Origin: Bacilli bacterium
Lineage (GTDB): Bacteria; Bacillota_I; Bacilli_A; RFN20; CAG-826
Length of the DNA: 64,000 bases
Assembly (NCBI GenBank): GCA_017447725.1
Contig: JAFSMX010000014.1
Location: 14,006-78,005 of the forward strand
Direction of reading: 5' to 3'
The translations under genes and the position numbers were made by a program. The stretch's first letter is position 1. Each line of letters opens with the position of its first letter. Below are positions 20,496 to 30,463 of this stretch, one piece after another. The notes under the pieces were generated by a model. That model made no database searches and had not been told where the DNA came from. It saw only the letters and a list, made by a program, of their open reading frames with translations.

Positions 20496-21773
20496 ATGGA
20501 TTTTGCTAAACACCTTAAAAAATACCTTAGTCAAAAAGAAATTGCTTCCTTAATTTCATCACAAGATGAAAAAGAACATAAAGGTGTTTATTTAAACACA
20601 AGAAAAATTAGTGATGAAAGATTTATTAATCTTTTTCCACACGTTAAAAAACACCCATTTGTTGAGCATGCTTATCTTTATGACCAAGATGAATATGATC
20701 TAGGTAAAAAGGTTTACCACGAACAAGGCGCATATTACATCCAAGATCCTAGTGCGGCTATCGTGGCTTCTTTGCTTCCTTTAAAGGGAAACGAACGAGT
20801 TTTAGATTTATGCGCTGCCCCAGGAGGAAAAACCGTTCAAGCCTCATTACGCCTAGGAAATAACGGCATTCTTGTATCAAACGATTTATCTAAACCACGT
20901 GCAATGACTCTTTTACAAAATGTGGAACGAATGGGTTTAGATAACGTTGTTGTTACTTCTTTAGATTTTTCAAAATTATCAAGCAAATACCAAAATTACT
21001 TTGACGCAATTATACTTGATGCGCCATGTAGCGGTTCGGGAATGTTCCGTAAAAGTGAGGCCATGAAAAACGACTGGACTTATGAAAAAGTAATTAAATT
21101 TTCAGAGATCCAAAAGCAATTGATTTTGATGGCTTTTTCGATGTTAAAGGAAGGCGGAACGATGGTTTATTCTACCTGTTCATATTCATATGAGGAAGAC
21201 GAAGAAGTAGTTCAATATCTTCTTGAAAAAACACCAGCAATTCTCGGTCAAATCCCAGAAATCACTGGTAATTTGCGGTCAAAAAAATATCCAGAAACAA
21301 TCCATCTTTTCCCAAATCTCTTCCCTGGAGAAGGTCATTATATTGCCTTAATTAAGAAGCCGGGAAATCTAACAGAAAATAAGGCTATAGAAAGAGATGT
21401 TTTACGAAACACAACTGGCAAAGGGCAAGCAAAAGAAACTCAGGTCTATCATCTTAAAAACGAGATTGATGAAAAACTTATTGAATTATCTCTAAGACCT
21501 GGTTTATTTATGAAAACTATTATTGGTAAGAAGGAAATCCCAACTCACCACTATTCACATGCTTCAATGAGCAAGAATAGTATCGAATTAACAAAAGAAG
21601 AAGTTATTCAATATCTCAGTGGAAATCAAATAAGAAAAAATAACCCAGAGGGCTATTATTTTGTTTCCTATTTAGGAATGAACCTTGGTTTAGTCCATTC
21701 AATAAATGGAGTTTTAAAGAATCTTTATCCAAAAGGATTAAGAATTAACGCCAAGATCAACGACAGTTTCTAA
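20496..21773 (+). CDS. RsmB/RsmF-family rRNA (cytosine-C5)-methyltransferase
   Basis: SAM motifs DLCAAPGGKT and DAPCSGSG, with a C-terminal PUA-like region. Confidence 0.8.
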   Translation: MDFAKHLKKYLSQKEIASLISSQDEKEHKGVYLNTRKISDERFINLFPHVKKHPFVEHAYLYDQDEYDLGKKVYHEQGAYYIQDPSAAIVASLLPLKGNERVLDLCAAPGGKTVQASLRLGNNGILVSNDLSKPRAMTLLQNVERMGLDNVVVTSLDFSKLSSKYQNYFDAIILDAPCSGSGMFRKSEAMKNDWTYEKVIKFSEIQKQLILMAFSMLKEGGTMVYSTCSYSYEEDEEVVQYLLEKTPAILGQIPEITGNLRSKKYPETIHLFPNLFPGEGHYIALIKKPGNLTENKAIERDVLRNTTGKGQAKETQVYHLKNEIDEKLIELSLRPGLFMKTIIGKKEIPTHHYSHASMSKNSIELTKEEVIQYLSGNQIRKNNPEGYYFVSYLGMNLGLVHSINGVLKNLYPKGLRINAKINDSF

Positions 21774-22592
21774 AGCTTTACGTTTTAAAGAAACTTTTTC
21801 GTTATAAATATATTCTTTATCAATAATTCTAAAGTGATTGACTTGTTCATTCATTTCATCACGAATTTCTTTAGCCAAATCAATTGTTGTTTTACCACTA
21901 AATTGTTCTGGCGTAATCGGTTCATGAATTTTCCAAAGGAATGGATATTTCTTTAAATATGAATTGAGTTTTAAAACACGGAAAGTTCCATAAGTAGTTA
22001 CAGGAACAATATTGCAGTTTGCCTTATAGGCAATTTTAAGAGTTCCTGGATGGAATTCGAGTAATTCTCCCTCAGGTTTTTTGTTACGTGTTCCTTCAAT
22101 AAAGATGAAGACATGTGGTTTGGTTTCGTCTTTTAAATGCTCGGCAATTTGTTGAAGCGTACGAACTTGAGAAAGGACATTTTTACGGTCAATAGTGAAA
22201 GCTTGAAGCATCTTTAAGATTTGACCAACGAATGGCATTTTTAAATTTTCTTTCTTTGATAAGAAAGTAATTGGACGTTCATTAGCAGCAATAAGCATTA
22301 CTGGATCCATGAAACTATAGTGATTAGAAATACATAAGGCTGGTTTTTTTGCATTCTTTAGAATGTCATAGCCTTCTTCTTTATAATCGATATGGAAACG
22401 ACGTAAAACGAATAGAATTTCTTTTCTAACCATACCGTATCGTTTTTCAAACGGATACTTTTCTGGGTGACGAGTGTATTTTAAATAACGGAAAAAGTTA
22501 AAAATAATCGCTGGGCCACACATAAATACGATTTTTAAATAAATAAAGAATTTTCTCATAACAACTTTTAATCCTTTAATAAATAAGTACAA
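21738..22592 (-). CDS. plsC: 1-acyl-sn-glycerol-3-phosphate acyltransferase
   Basis: NHYSFMDP (HX4D) and FIEGTRN motifs. Confidence 0.8.
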   Translation of the reverse strand: MYLFIKGLKVVMRKFFIYLKIVFMCGPAIIFNFFRYLKYTRHPEKYPFEKRYGMVRKEILFVLRRFHIDYKEEGYDILKNAKKPALCISNHYSFMDPVMLIAANERPITFLSKKENLKMPFVGQILKMLQAFTIDRKNVLSQVRTLQQIAEHLKDETKPHVFIFIEGTRNKKPEGELLEFHPGTLKIAYKANCNIVPVTTYGTFRVLKLNSYLKKYPFLWKIHEPITPEQFSGKTTIDLAKEIRDEMNEQVNHFRIIDKEYIYNEKVSLKRKALETVVDLGVNS

Positions 22593-24589
22593 CGGAAAGG
22601 TGGGAGGTAAATAACGTTTTGAGGACTTCCGTTATTCATTAATGAATAATTATAGAATCCTTTTTCATTTTCTAACGCATATTGTTTATCAGTAACATTG
22701 AAGCAGTATTGGTAACTTTTTTCACCTTCCCAAGTCACGATTAAGATCCCATCTTTTGGTGAAGTAAATGAAACTTTATCAAGATCAAGATTATCCAAAT
22801 AATCGGCGTTTTGACGAGCCAAAACATAATGTCTAAATGATTGAGCCATTTCAAAACGTTGATCGAGAATGCTGTAATCCATTTGGTTATAATAATCACC
22901 AAGATTATAGGTGTTACGTTGATTATGTTTTGTTAAACCGATTTCCTGACCCATATGGATAAATGGAATACCAACTGAACACATGATAGCTTTATTAAAT
23001 AATTTCACTAAACGTAAAGCATCCATATCTTCGGTTGATTCGTTAATCACGTCATAAATAGTGGCATTATCGTGACATTCAACATAGTTGATTGATTGAT
23101 TTGGGTGATCAAAAAGTTTCGGAAATGTTAAATTCTCTGATGATCCAAGATAAGCAAACTTAAAACCATCAAGATAATCCTTATTTCCCAATAGGAAACC
23201 TAGATCATCAAGTTTAGCGTGACTTCCGTGACCACGGAAAATATCACGGTAGGTATCATTGAAGAAGGCGACATCTGGAAGTTCGTGACTATTTTTCATT
23301 GTCGCAAACTTTTCGTTTCTAAATCCGGTTGCGTTCATATCCCAACCTTCACCGTATATTAGAGCATCTTTCTTATGAGAAAGAATCAGTGATGTAACTT
23401 CTTTGATGGTGTCTAAATCAATTAAACCCATTAAATCAAAACGGAATCCATCGACATCGTAAACATTCATTAAGAAATCGATCGATTCTTTGATTAATCT
23501 TCGAGCCATTTTTCTTTCGCTAGCAAAATCACATCCACACCAGGAGTGGTTGGCTAACTTACTATTTTCTTCTCTAAAGAAATAATGTGGGGTAATAATA
23601 TTTAAATTCACCTTTTCGCCTTGATACATGTGGTTATAAACCACATCAAGGTTTACTCGAATACCATTTTTGTGTAAAGAATCAACAAGTTGTCTAAACT
23701 CCGCCATTCGAGCGTGTGGATCATTTGGATTAGTTGAATAACTACCTTCTAGTGCAAAATACGAAATTGGGTCATAACCCCAGTTATATCCGCTACTTTC
23801 TTCATCAACTGAGCCAAAATCGAGGACTGGCAAAAGTTGAACATGACTCACACTAAGGAACTTTAGATAATCAATTCCACAAGGATGATTCTCTTTGGTA
23901 TGACAATTTTCCTCGGTTAAACCAAGGTATTTTCCTTTATGAACAATATTTGTTCCTTTATGAATTGTAAAATCACGAATATGAAGTTCATAAATCGTAC
24001 TTTTTAGTTTAGAAAAGGTTTTTTCAACAGGAACATTAACAAAACCCGACAATAATCGCTTTAAATTGATGACTGCTGATTCTTTAGCGTTAGCGTTACT
24101 TGACTTGGCGTATGGGTCGGTTACACGGTGTTTTTTACCATTAATCACCACATCGTAGTGATAAAGTTTACCGTCTAAATCTCCATCAACACGAATTTCA
24201 TAAACACCACGGTCTAAACGACGTAATTCATATTGTTTATTGTCTAAAGACAATACAACCTTCGATGCAAATGGTGCCCAAAGTCTAAAAACAGTATAAT
24301 CGTCATAGCAGATTGGACCAAGTTCTTCATCCACCGCATAAATCTCATCAAAATTAAGTAAAAGAGCCAATTTAGTAACATCAACATGCTCTTCTTTTCC
24401 ATCATAAACAAGAACAAGATTTTTACCTAAGAGTTCATCGTTACCAGCAATATTAAAATAAGAAAATCGATCGGTTTTGCTGGTGAAATAGCATTCTCTT
24501 TCTTCGTTATCGACTAAAAGAGAACAACCAGACTCAAGAATCTGGTTTGGTATACAAATTTCATGATAACTACTTAAAAAGCTATTCAT
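22568..24589 (-). CDS. Type I pullulanase / GH13 debranching enzyme (no signal peptide)
   Basis: GFRFDLMG, YGEGWD and VECHDN catalytic-region motifs; 673 aa. Confidence 0.8.
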   Translation of the reverse strand: MNSFLSSYHEICIPNQILESGCSLLVDNEERECYFTSKTDRFSYFNIAGNDELLGKNLVLVYDGKEEHVDVTKLALLLNFDEIYAVDEELGPICYDDYTVFRLWAPFASKVVLSLDNKQYELRRLDRGVYEIRVDGDLDGKLYHYDVVINGKKHRVTDPYAKSSNANAKESAVINLKRLLSGFVNVPVEKTFSKLKSTIYELHIRDFTIHKGTNIVHKGKYLGLTEENCHTKENHPCGIDYLKFLSVSHVQLLPVLDFGSVDEESSGYNWGYDPISYFALEGSYSTNPNDPHARMAEFRQLVDSLHKNGIRVNLDVVYNHMYQGEKVNLNIITPHYFFREENSKLANHSWCGCDFASERKMARRLIKESIDFLMNVYDVDGFRFDLMGLIDLDTIKEVTSLILSHKKDALIYGEGWDMNATGFRNEKFATMKNSHELPDVAFFNDTYRDIFRGHGSHAKLDDLGFLLGNKDYLDGFKFAYLGSSENLTFPKLFDHPNQSINYVECHDNATIYDVINESTEDMDALRLVKLFNKAIMCSVGIPFIHMGQEIGLTKHNQRNTYNLGDYYNQMDYSILDQRFEMAQSFRHYVLARQNADYLDNLDLDKVSFTSPKDGILIVTWEGEKSYQYCFNVTDKQYALENEKGFYNYSLMNNGSPQNVIYLPPFRCTYLLKD

Positions 24590-27179
24590 TTTCTGGATAA
24601 TTTTCAGTTTGATCTTCGTAAGATGAATCTTCTACTGTTTCATCATTACTTTCTTCGAGTTGGTCGTTAGGAATAAATTCGGATTGTTCAATCGATCCAA
24701 TTTGTTGATTGTCTCTTGGAGTACGGATTAAAACTTTTGAACCACGAGCATCACCATGAGCATCAACATATCCTTCACGGACTAGTTTAGCGAAAAGTCG
24801 ACCAGCTTTTGGGAAACCAATGCCATAGCTTCTTGTTAAGAAGGAAATCGAACAATACTCACGGTCAGAAATGTCTTGTTTAATGACTTCGTAGAGTTTT
24901 TCTTCTTCCATATTCTTGTCGACTTTAGTCACTTCAGCATCGGTGGCTGAACCACCACGGTCACTACTTTGTTCGTTTGGATCGTGATCTAAATCCATAA
25001 AGTATGGATCATATTGTGGTTGATTTTGACTTCTAATGAAGTCACAGACCTTGTTAATTTCTGTACTATCGACAAAACAACCTTGGACACGTGGTTTTGT
25101 ACTACGAGAAACAAGGGGACATTCAATGAGCATATCACCGTTTCCAAGAAGTTTTTCAGCGCCGCCTTCACCAATAATCGTGACAGAGTCGGTGGCACTT
25201 GAAGTCATTAAGGCAACGTGAACTGGGACGTTTGCTTTAATAACGCCATCAATAACGTTGACGCTTGGACGTTGGGTGGCAATCACGAGGTGAATACCAG
25301 CACTACGAGCTTTTTGAGCAATACGAACAACAGGTGTTCGAACTTCTTTGCAAGCTTCACTTAAGTCAGCATATTCATCGACAAAAACAACGATATATGG
25401 CAGTTTTTGTAAACCATTAGCTTTGGCGTAGTCGTTAAATTCACCAATATCACGAACGCGAGATGATTCGAAAAGGTTATAACGACGTTCCATTTCAATG
25501 ACTAATTTATTTAAAGCAACGTTGGCTTTATGTGGATCAGAAATATTTGGGCAAAGAAGATGTGGAATGTTTCGATAATAAGACATTTCAACTTTCTTTG
25601 GGTCAATCAGCATTAATTTTAACGATTCTGGATCATTACGCATAATAAGCGTAAGAATTGTCGCGTGCATAAAGATGGATTTACCAGAACCAGTTGTACC
25701 AGCAACAAGCATGTGTGGGAACTTTGTTAAATTAGCAGTAATGAGTTCACCCGAGACATTCTTGCCAAAGATAATTTCCATTGGCTTAGCGTTTCTTTCT
25801 TCCATAGTTTTAATTGATTCAAACAAGCCAACGTTTGTACGAATGGCGTTTTGAATCTCTAAACCAGAAGTGGCTTTGCCAAGAACCATCTTTTCAAAAC
25901 GAACTGGAATACCATCTAGACGAATACCAATATCATCCACATAACGAAGCATCGCGTTAACAGAGACATTAGAATTCATTTTCACATCAAAACGAGTGAC
26001 AGATGGACCAATCGTGTGACCAACAACAGTTGCACCAACACCTAAATCAGAGAAAACTTGGTTAATAATTTCGGTTCGAACAGCACAAGATTCATCGTTT
26101 TTGGACATATCATCCGCATTTTCATGCGGGGTTAATAATTCTTTATCTGGATAAGAATATGGTTTTGTAACCACAGCTTTTGGTTGTGGACGATGAAGTG
26201 GATCAACGTTTTGTTCTTCAACAACTGGAGCAGGTTGAACAGGGCTTGGTTGAACCATTGGTTCAGGTTGTTCTTCTTTAATCTCTTCATTTTCAATAGA
26301 AAATGCTGGTTTTTCAAAAGAAGGTGCTGGAGCCTCTTCAAATGTTGGTTCAACACTTGGTTCTACTACTGGAGTAGGAGCTTCTTCTTGCACAAATTGG
26401 CCAGCCTGGAATGATGGTTGTTCAAGAGTTGTTTGTTGTTTTTGTTCTCCAAAAGAGAAAGTCGCTTTTTGGAAACCATGCGTGTTATTAAAACTATGCA
26501 TGACCATTGAACGAAGCACGGCTTGATCGACATCTTGCTTAGTTTCTGGAGCGTTTGCTTCTAATGAAGAAGATTTATCACCATCATATTCTTCAATCAC
26601 TTCAATCTCATTATGGCTTTCATTTTTAGCGTGTTTTGGATTAGATTTATGATTCTTGATCTTCTTAAAAAGAAGAACGACTTGTTTATTAAAGATTAAA
26701 ACAACTCCAACAACAAATAAAATCCAGCAAACAATGCTTGTGCCAATTAAGGTTAAAGCACTATTTAAAATTCCAGCTAAAACATAACCAAAGAAACCGC
26801 CGCCGATGCTTGGATTAGCAAATGGATCAAAAGGAGTGTGCTCTTTTAAGAGAGCAACACAGTTATTAAAGGTGATTGTTTCTGTATTTCCCCAGTTAGA
26901 GGTAATCACTAAAAGTGATAAGACAACAATAAAGATGCCCCACAAGGATAATCCGAGTTTAAATTGAATTAGTTTCTTTCTAAAAGAAATATATAAGCCA
27001 AGAACGAATAAGAATGGGGTTAAAATCCAGAATCCGATAAAACCAAATGAAGCACAAATCGCCACAGTTAAGAATTCAAAAGGAGTGCCATGAGAAAAAA
27101 GGATCACTAAACTAAAAAGAGACAAGGCTACGCCAAGTAAAACAATCGTTGTTGAACTCTTAATGTTTAACTTCTTCAT
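24582..27179 (-). CDS. ftsK: DNA translocase FtsK/SpoIIIE
   Basis: N-terminal TM domain, a Pro/Gln-rich linker, a motor domain with VAGTTGSGKS, and a gamma wHTH. Confidence 0.9.
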   Translation of the reverse strand: MKKLNIKSSTTIVLLGVALSLFSLVILFSHGTPFEFLTVAICASFGFIGFWILTPFLFVLGLYISFRKKLIQFKLGLSLWGIFIVVLSLLVITSNWGNTETITFNNCVALLKEHTPFDPFANPSIGGGFFGYVLAGILNSALTLIGTSIVCWILFVVGVVLIFNKQVVLLFKKIKNHKSNPKHAKNESHNEIEVIEEYDGDKSSSLEANAPETKQDVDQAVLRSMVMHSFNNTHGFQKATFSFGEQKQQTTLEQPSFQAGQFVQEEAPTPVVEPSVEPTFEEAPAPSFEKPAFSIENEEIKEEQPEPMVQPSPVQPAPVVEEQNVDPLHRPQPKAVVTKPYSYPDKELLTPHENADDMSKNDESCAVRTEIINQVFSDLGVGATVVGHTIGPSVTRFDVKMNSNVSVNAMLRYVDDIGIRLDGIPVRFEKMVLGKATSGLEIQNAIRTNVGLFESIKTMEERNAKPMEIIFGKNVSGELITANLTKFPHMLVAGTTGSGKSIFMHATILTLIMRNDPESLKLMLIDPKKVEMSYYRNIPHLLCPNISDPHKANVALNKLVIEMERRYNLFESSRVRDIGEFNDYAKANGLQKLPYIVVFVDEYADLSEACKEVRTPVVRIAQKARSAGIHLVIATQRPSVNVIDGVIKANVPVHVALMTSSATDSVTIIGEGGAEKLLGNGDMLIECPLVSRSTKPRVQGCFVDSTEINKVCDFIRSQNQPQYDPYFMDLDHDPNEQSSDRGGSATDAEVTKVDKNMEEEKLYEVIKQDISDREYCSISFLTRSYGIGFPKAGRLFAKLVREGYVDAHGDARGSKVLIRTPRDNQQIGSIEQSEFIPNDQLEESNDETVEDSSYEDQTENYPENE

Positions 27180-27182
27180 TTT

Positions 27183-28856
27183 TTATTCAACTTCCTCAAG
27201 GGCAACAATAATTAATGGGGTTTTAAGTGTGCTACGTCGGATGAGATTTAAAACCATGTTCTTAACTTCATCTTCAACAGCTTGTTTCTCAAATGTCTCA
27301 TCTTTAAGATGATTGGAAACAACTTTTGTGAATAGAGTTTGCATATCACGGATCATGGCCTCAGAGTTTTTCGCGTAGAACAAACCCCTAGTTTGCACAT
27401 CGATTCCGCCTAAAATTTCTTTTTTAGACAACGAAATTGCGGCACCTAAAACAACAACACCATCATCAGAAATCTGGCGACGTTCTTCAATCAGTTGTTC
27501 GGTAAAATTAGAAACATCTTTTCCATCAACCATGACATCGCCAGCAAGAACCTTTTCACTAGAATAGGTGCAGGTTCCGTTAGTGCAATTAAGAATCATT
27601 CCGTTATCGACTAATAAAACGTTTTGATGGTTTAAACCAATGCCCATATTCACAGCAATATTAGCATTAGCTAATAAACTAACGAGATAACCGCTGATTG
27701 GGACATAATATTTTGGTCTAAAAATGGTGAGCATTGTTTTAATGTCATCTTGAGATGGATGCATTTTAACGAACTCGTTTTTACGAATCGTAACAACATT
27801 TACATTGGCACGATATAAGTCATCCATGGCGTCAAAATAATCGATTTCAACGTCATTGCTGAAGTGGGTTCCAAGAACAAAGGTATCAGTTTCATTTAAT
27901 GAAATGATTTTGTTATCGTGAAGTCCACGAGCAAGTAAGGAAACCTTGTGTAATAAACGGTTTTTGAAACCAGTAATTAAAACAACAATTTCGGTAGCTG
28001 GATAACGGTTAATATCTTCCGCTGGAATAAATGTATCCTTTGGGACACTAATGACACCAGCTCGAATCAGTCGATAAACAAGATCAGATGTCGCTGTATC
28101 GTATAAAACAATTTTTTTATGAGCGACTGAACAAATGCGAATAATATCAGTAATGTTATAAACATCAGGTGACTCAGCAGCAGCAATAATTCGTCCAGCA
28201 ACATTCTTTAATGGTTCGCGAACGATATTACGTAGCTTATACATTGGGCTAGAATAACCCGCTCTTTCAGAGTTCATTGAATCAAGTAGTAACACAAGTG
28301 TTTCTTTATCAGCAATGACGCCCATCTTTTTAATGTCGGTGACAAATGATTTTGTCATATTGTTGTCAAACACATAATCTAAGGCAAAAATAATGTTACC
28401 TTGGTCAGTATCAAAACAAATACCAAATGAGTTCGCCATGTTCGAACAAGTCGAAAATAAGCGAATCAAATGTCCATTAATCGTAATATCGTCACTTGGT
28501 TCAACAATCTTAAAATCGTAATGAGATGGATTGATGTTATTGTGTTCGCAGAAGGTGAACAAGAAAATTCTTGTTACGTCAGTACAAACAATTGGCGCAG
28601 GTACTTTATCATAGATAAAAGGTAATGTTCCAAGGATACAGTCATTACCTTCAGTAATGAGGTAAGCGCGAACACGGTCTTTGTTGGAGACTAAATAATC
28701 GTATTTTGGAATAATGTAGTCGATACCGTGTTTATTTTTATCTGGAAGACTACAACCAGTTTCAACAACGAAAATATCGCGGTCAATTTCCACCGCAACC
28801 ATGTTTTTAAAACGTTCGTCTTGTCCACCAAGAAAGATAATTCGGATATTCGACAT
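27183..28856 (-). CDS. rnj: Ribonuclease J (beta-CASP metallo-beta-lactamase)
   Basis: 557 aa; starts MSNIRIIFLGGQDE...; beta-CASP architecture. Confidence 0.8.
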   Translation of the reverse strand: MSNIRIIFLGGQDERFKNMVAVEIDRDIFVVETGCSLPDKNKHGIDYIIPKYDYLVSNKDRVRAYLITEGNDCILGTLPFIYDKVPAPIVCTDVTRIFLFTFCEHNNINPSHYDFKIVEPSDDITINGHLIRLFSTCSNMANSFGICFDTDQGNIIFALDYVFDNNMTKSFVTDIKKMGVIADKETLVLLLDSMNSERAGYSSPMYKLRNIVREPLKNVAGRIIAAAESPDVYNITDIIRICSVAHKKIVLYDTATSDLVYRLIRAGVISVPKDTFIPAEDINRYPATEIVVLITGFKNRLLHKVSLLARGLHDNKIISLNETDTFVLGTHFSNDVEIDYFDAMDDLYRANVNVVTIRKNEFVKMHPSQDDIKTMLTIFRPKYYVPISGYLVSLLANANIAVNMGIGLNHQNVLLVDNGMILNCTNGTCTYSSEKVLAGDVMVDGKDVSNFTEQLIEERRQISDDGVVVLGAAISLSKKEILGGIDVQTRGLFYAKNSEAMIRDMQTLFTKVVSNHLKDETFEKQAVEDEVKNMVLNLIRRSTLKTPLIIVALEEVE

Positions 28857-28865
28857 ATCTACTCC

Positions 28866-29210
28866 TTACTTTTCAATATTTTTAGTTGCAACAATGTTGA
28901 CTCCAGTATTACAAACATTAGCGATCACCACATCGCCAATATGTACCGGAGCCTTCATCTCGACATTGTCGAGTTCTTTAACAGCGTCAAAAACTTTTTC
29001 TTTTGGAAGAGGTTCACTAGATTTAACTGGTAAACGTCTTTCTAAGTTACTTTGTACTTTGACAGTTGAAGTTAATGTACGAACTGGATGAGTAAGTTCG
29101 TTTTTAGCGTAAATGACACCACGTGGGCAGAAATTTCCGGTGACGTTTAAATCATCATCGACTTTAAGACGACATCCACGAGGACAATTAATACAAATTA
29201 ATTCTCTCAT
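28866..29210 (-). CDS. DUF1667 CxxC zinc-ribbon protein
   Basis: MRELICINCPRGCRL...GNFCPRG; conserved third gene of GlpA-like clusters. Confidence 0.75.
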   Translation of the reverse strand: MRELICINCPRGCRLKVDDDLNVTGNFCPRGVIYAKNELTHPVRTLTSTVKVQSNLERRLPVKSSEPLPKEKVFDAVKELDNVEMKAPVHIGDVVIANVCNTGVNIVATKNIEK

Positions 29211-30463
29211 TTCTTTTCCTCCACGCTAACAGTAATGACTTTATCTTCTTTTTGGAAAAGTTCCTTGGGAAGATAAACGATTTCCATTTCAGAAGGAACG
29301 ATTGCTGGCTTAATAATCTTCTTAATTAAGCGTTCGCCTTCTTTGATGTTAATCACAATGTCTTTAAATGGTTTTACGACACGGAATTTGAGGGAAACTT
29401 TTTCGCTAGCATCATCAATGTTGAGCACTTGTGGAACAACATATCCAATACCGTATCCTTGTTTAATTTCATAGGCAAAACCGGCATGTTTTGTAGTTTT
29501 ATTGAGATATTTCACCGCACCAACAGCTGCTTCTCTAGCTTCGCTAACAACATAGTCAACAAGGTCATGCACGTGAAGCACATTACCAGCTGAGAAGATA
29601 CCTGGGATCTCGGTTTCCATATCTTGGTTCACCATTGCTCCTCTAGTTTTCGAGAATTTAATTCCAAGGTTATTGAATAAATCATTGTTTGGAATTAATC
29701 CAACCGAGAGAAGAAGGGTGTCGCAGTCAAATTCCATTTCTGTTTCTGGAATAAACTGCATTTTTTCATCGACTTTAGCGATGATAACTTTTTCGACACG
29801 ATTTTTACCACGCACTTCTTTCACAGTGTGTGATAAATAAAGTGGGATATTAAAATCTTGTAAACATTGAACAATGTTACGGTTTAACCCGGCGGAATAT
29901 GGCATTAATTCAGCCACACCAAGGACTTTGGCCCCTTCAAGTGTCATTCTTCGTGCCATAATTAAGCCGATGTCTCCACTACCAAGAATGAAGACTTTCT
30001 TGCCAACTAAATAGCCGTAACAGTTTAAATATAACTGTGCTTGTCCAGCAGTATAAACTCCAACTGGTCGATCACCGGCGATTTGAATCGCACCAGCGTT
30101 ACGCTCATAACAACCAGTTGTGAGAATAATTGCATCGGCTTGAACGCTAACTAATCCATCTTCTTCACTAGAATAGGTAACAACCTTTTCTTTCGTTACC
30201 GAAAGGACGTTGGCGTTAAGGCGATATTTAATCCCGAGTTCATTGACTTGTTTCGAGAAACGAGACATGAATTCTGGACCAGTTAGTTCTTCTTTAAACT
30301 CATGAAGTCCAAAGCCGTTATGAATGCATTGGTTCAGGATTCCTCCAAGATAATTATTCTTTTCAAGAATAAGAATATCTTTTTCACCAAGTTCATAAGC
30401 TTTAACAGCGGCTGCCATGCCGGCAGAGCCACCACCAATAATCACTAAGCGATGATGAATCAT
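29207..30463 (-). CDS. NAD(P)/FAD-dependent oxidoreductase (pyridine nucleotide-disulfide family)
   Basis: Two Rossmann motifs, IGGGSAGMAAA and ILGSGDIG. Confidence 0.75.
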   Translation of the reverse strand: MIHHRLVIIGGGSAGMAAAVKAYELGEKDILILEKNNYLGGILNQCIHNGFGLHEFKEELTGPEFMSRFSKQVNELGIKYRLNANVLSVTKEKVVTYSSEEDGLVSVQADAIILTTGCYERNAGAIQIAGDRPVGVYTAGQAQLYLNCYGYLVGKKVFILGSGDIGLIMARRMTLEGAKVLGVAELMPYSAGLNRNIVQCLQDFNIPLYLSHTVKEVRGKNRVEKVIIAKVDEKMQFIPETEMEFDCDTLLLSVGLIPNNDLFNNLGIKFSKTRGAMVNQDMETEIPGIFSAGNVLHVHDLVDYVVSEAREAAVGAVKYLNKTTKHAGFAYEIKQGYGIGYVVPQVLNIDDASEKVSLKFRVVKPFKDIVINIKEGERLIKKIIKPAIVPSEMEIVYLPKELFQKEDKVITVSVEEKK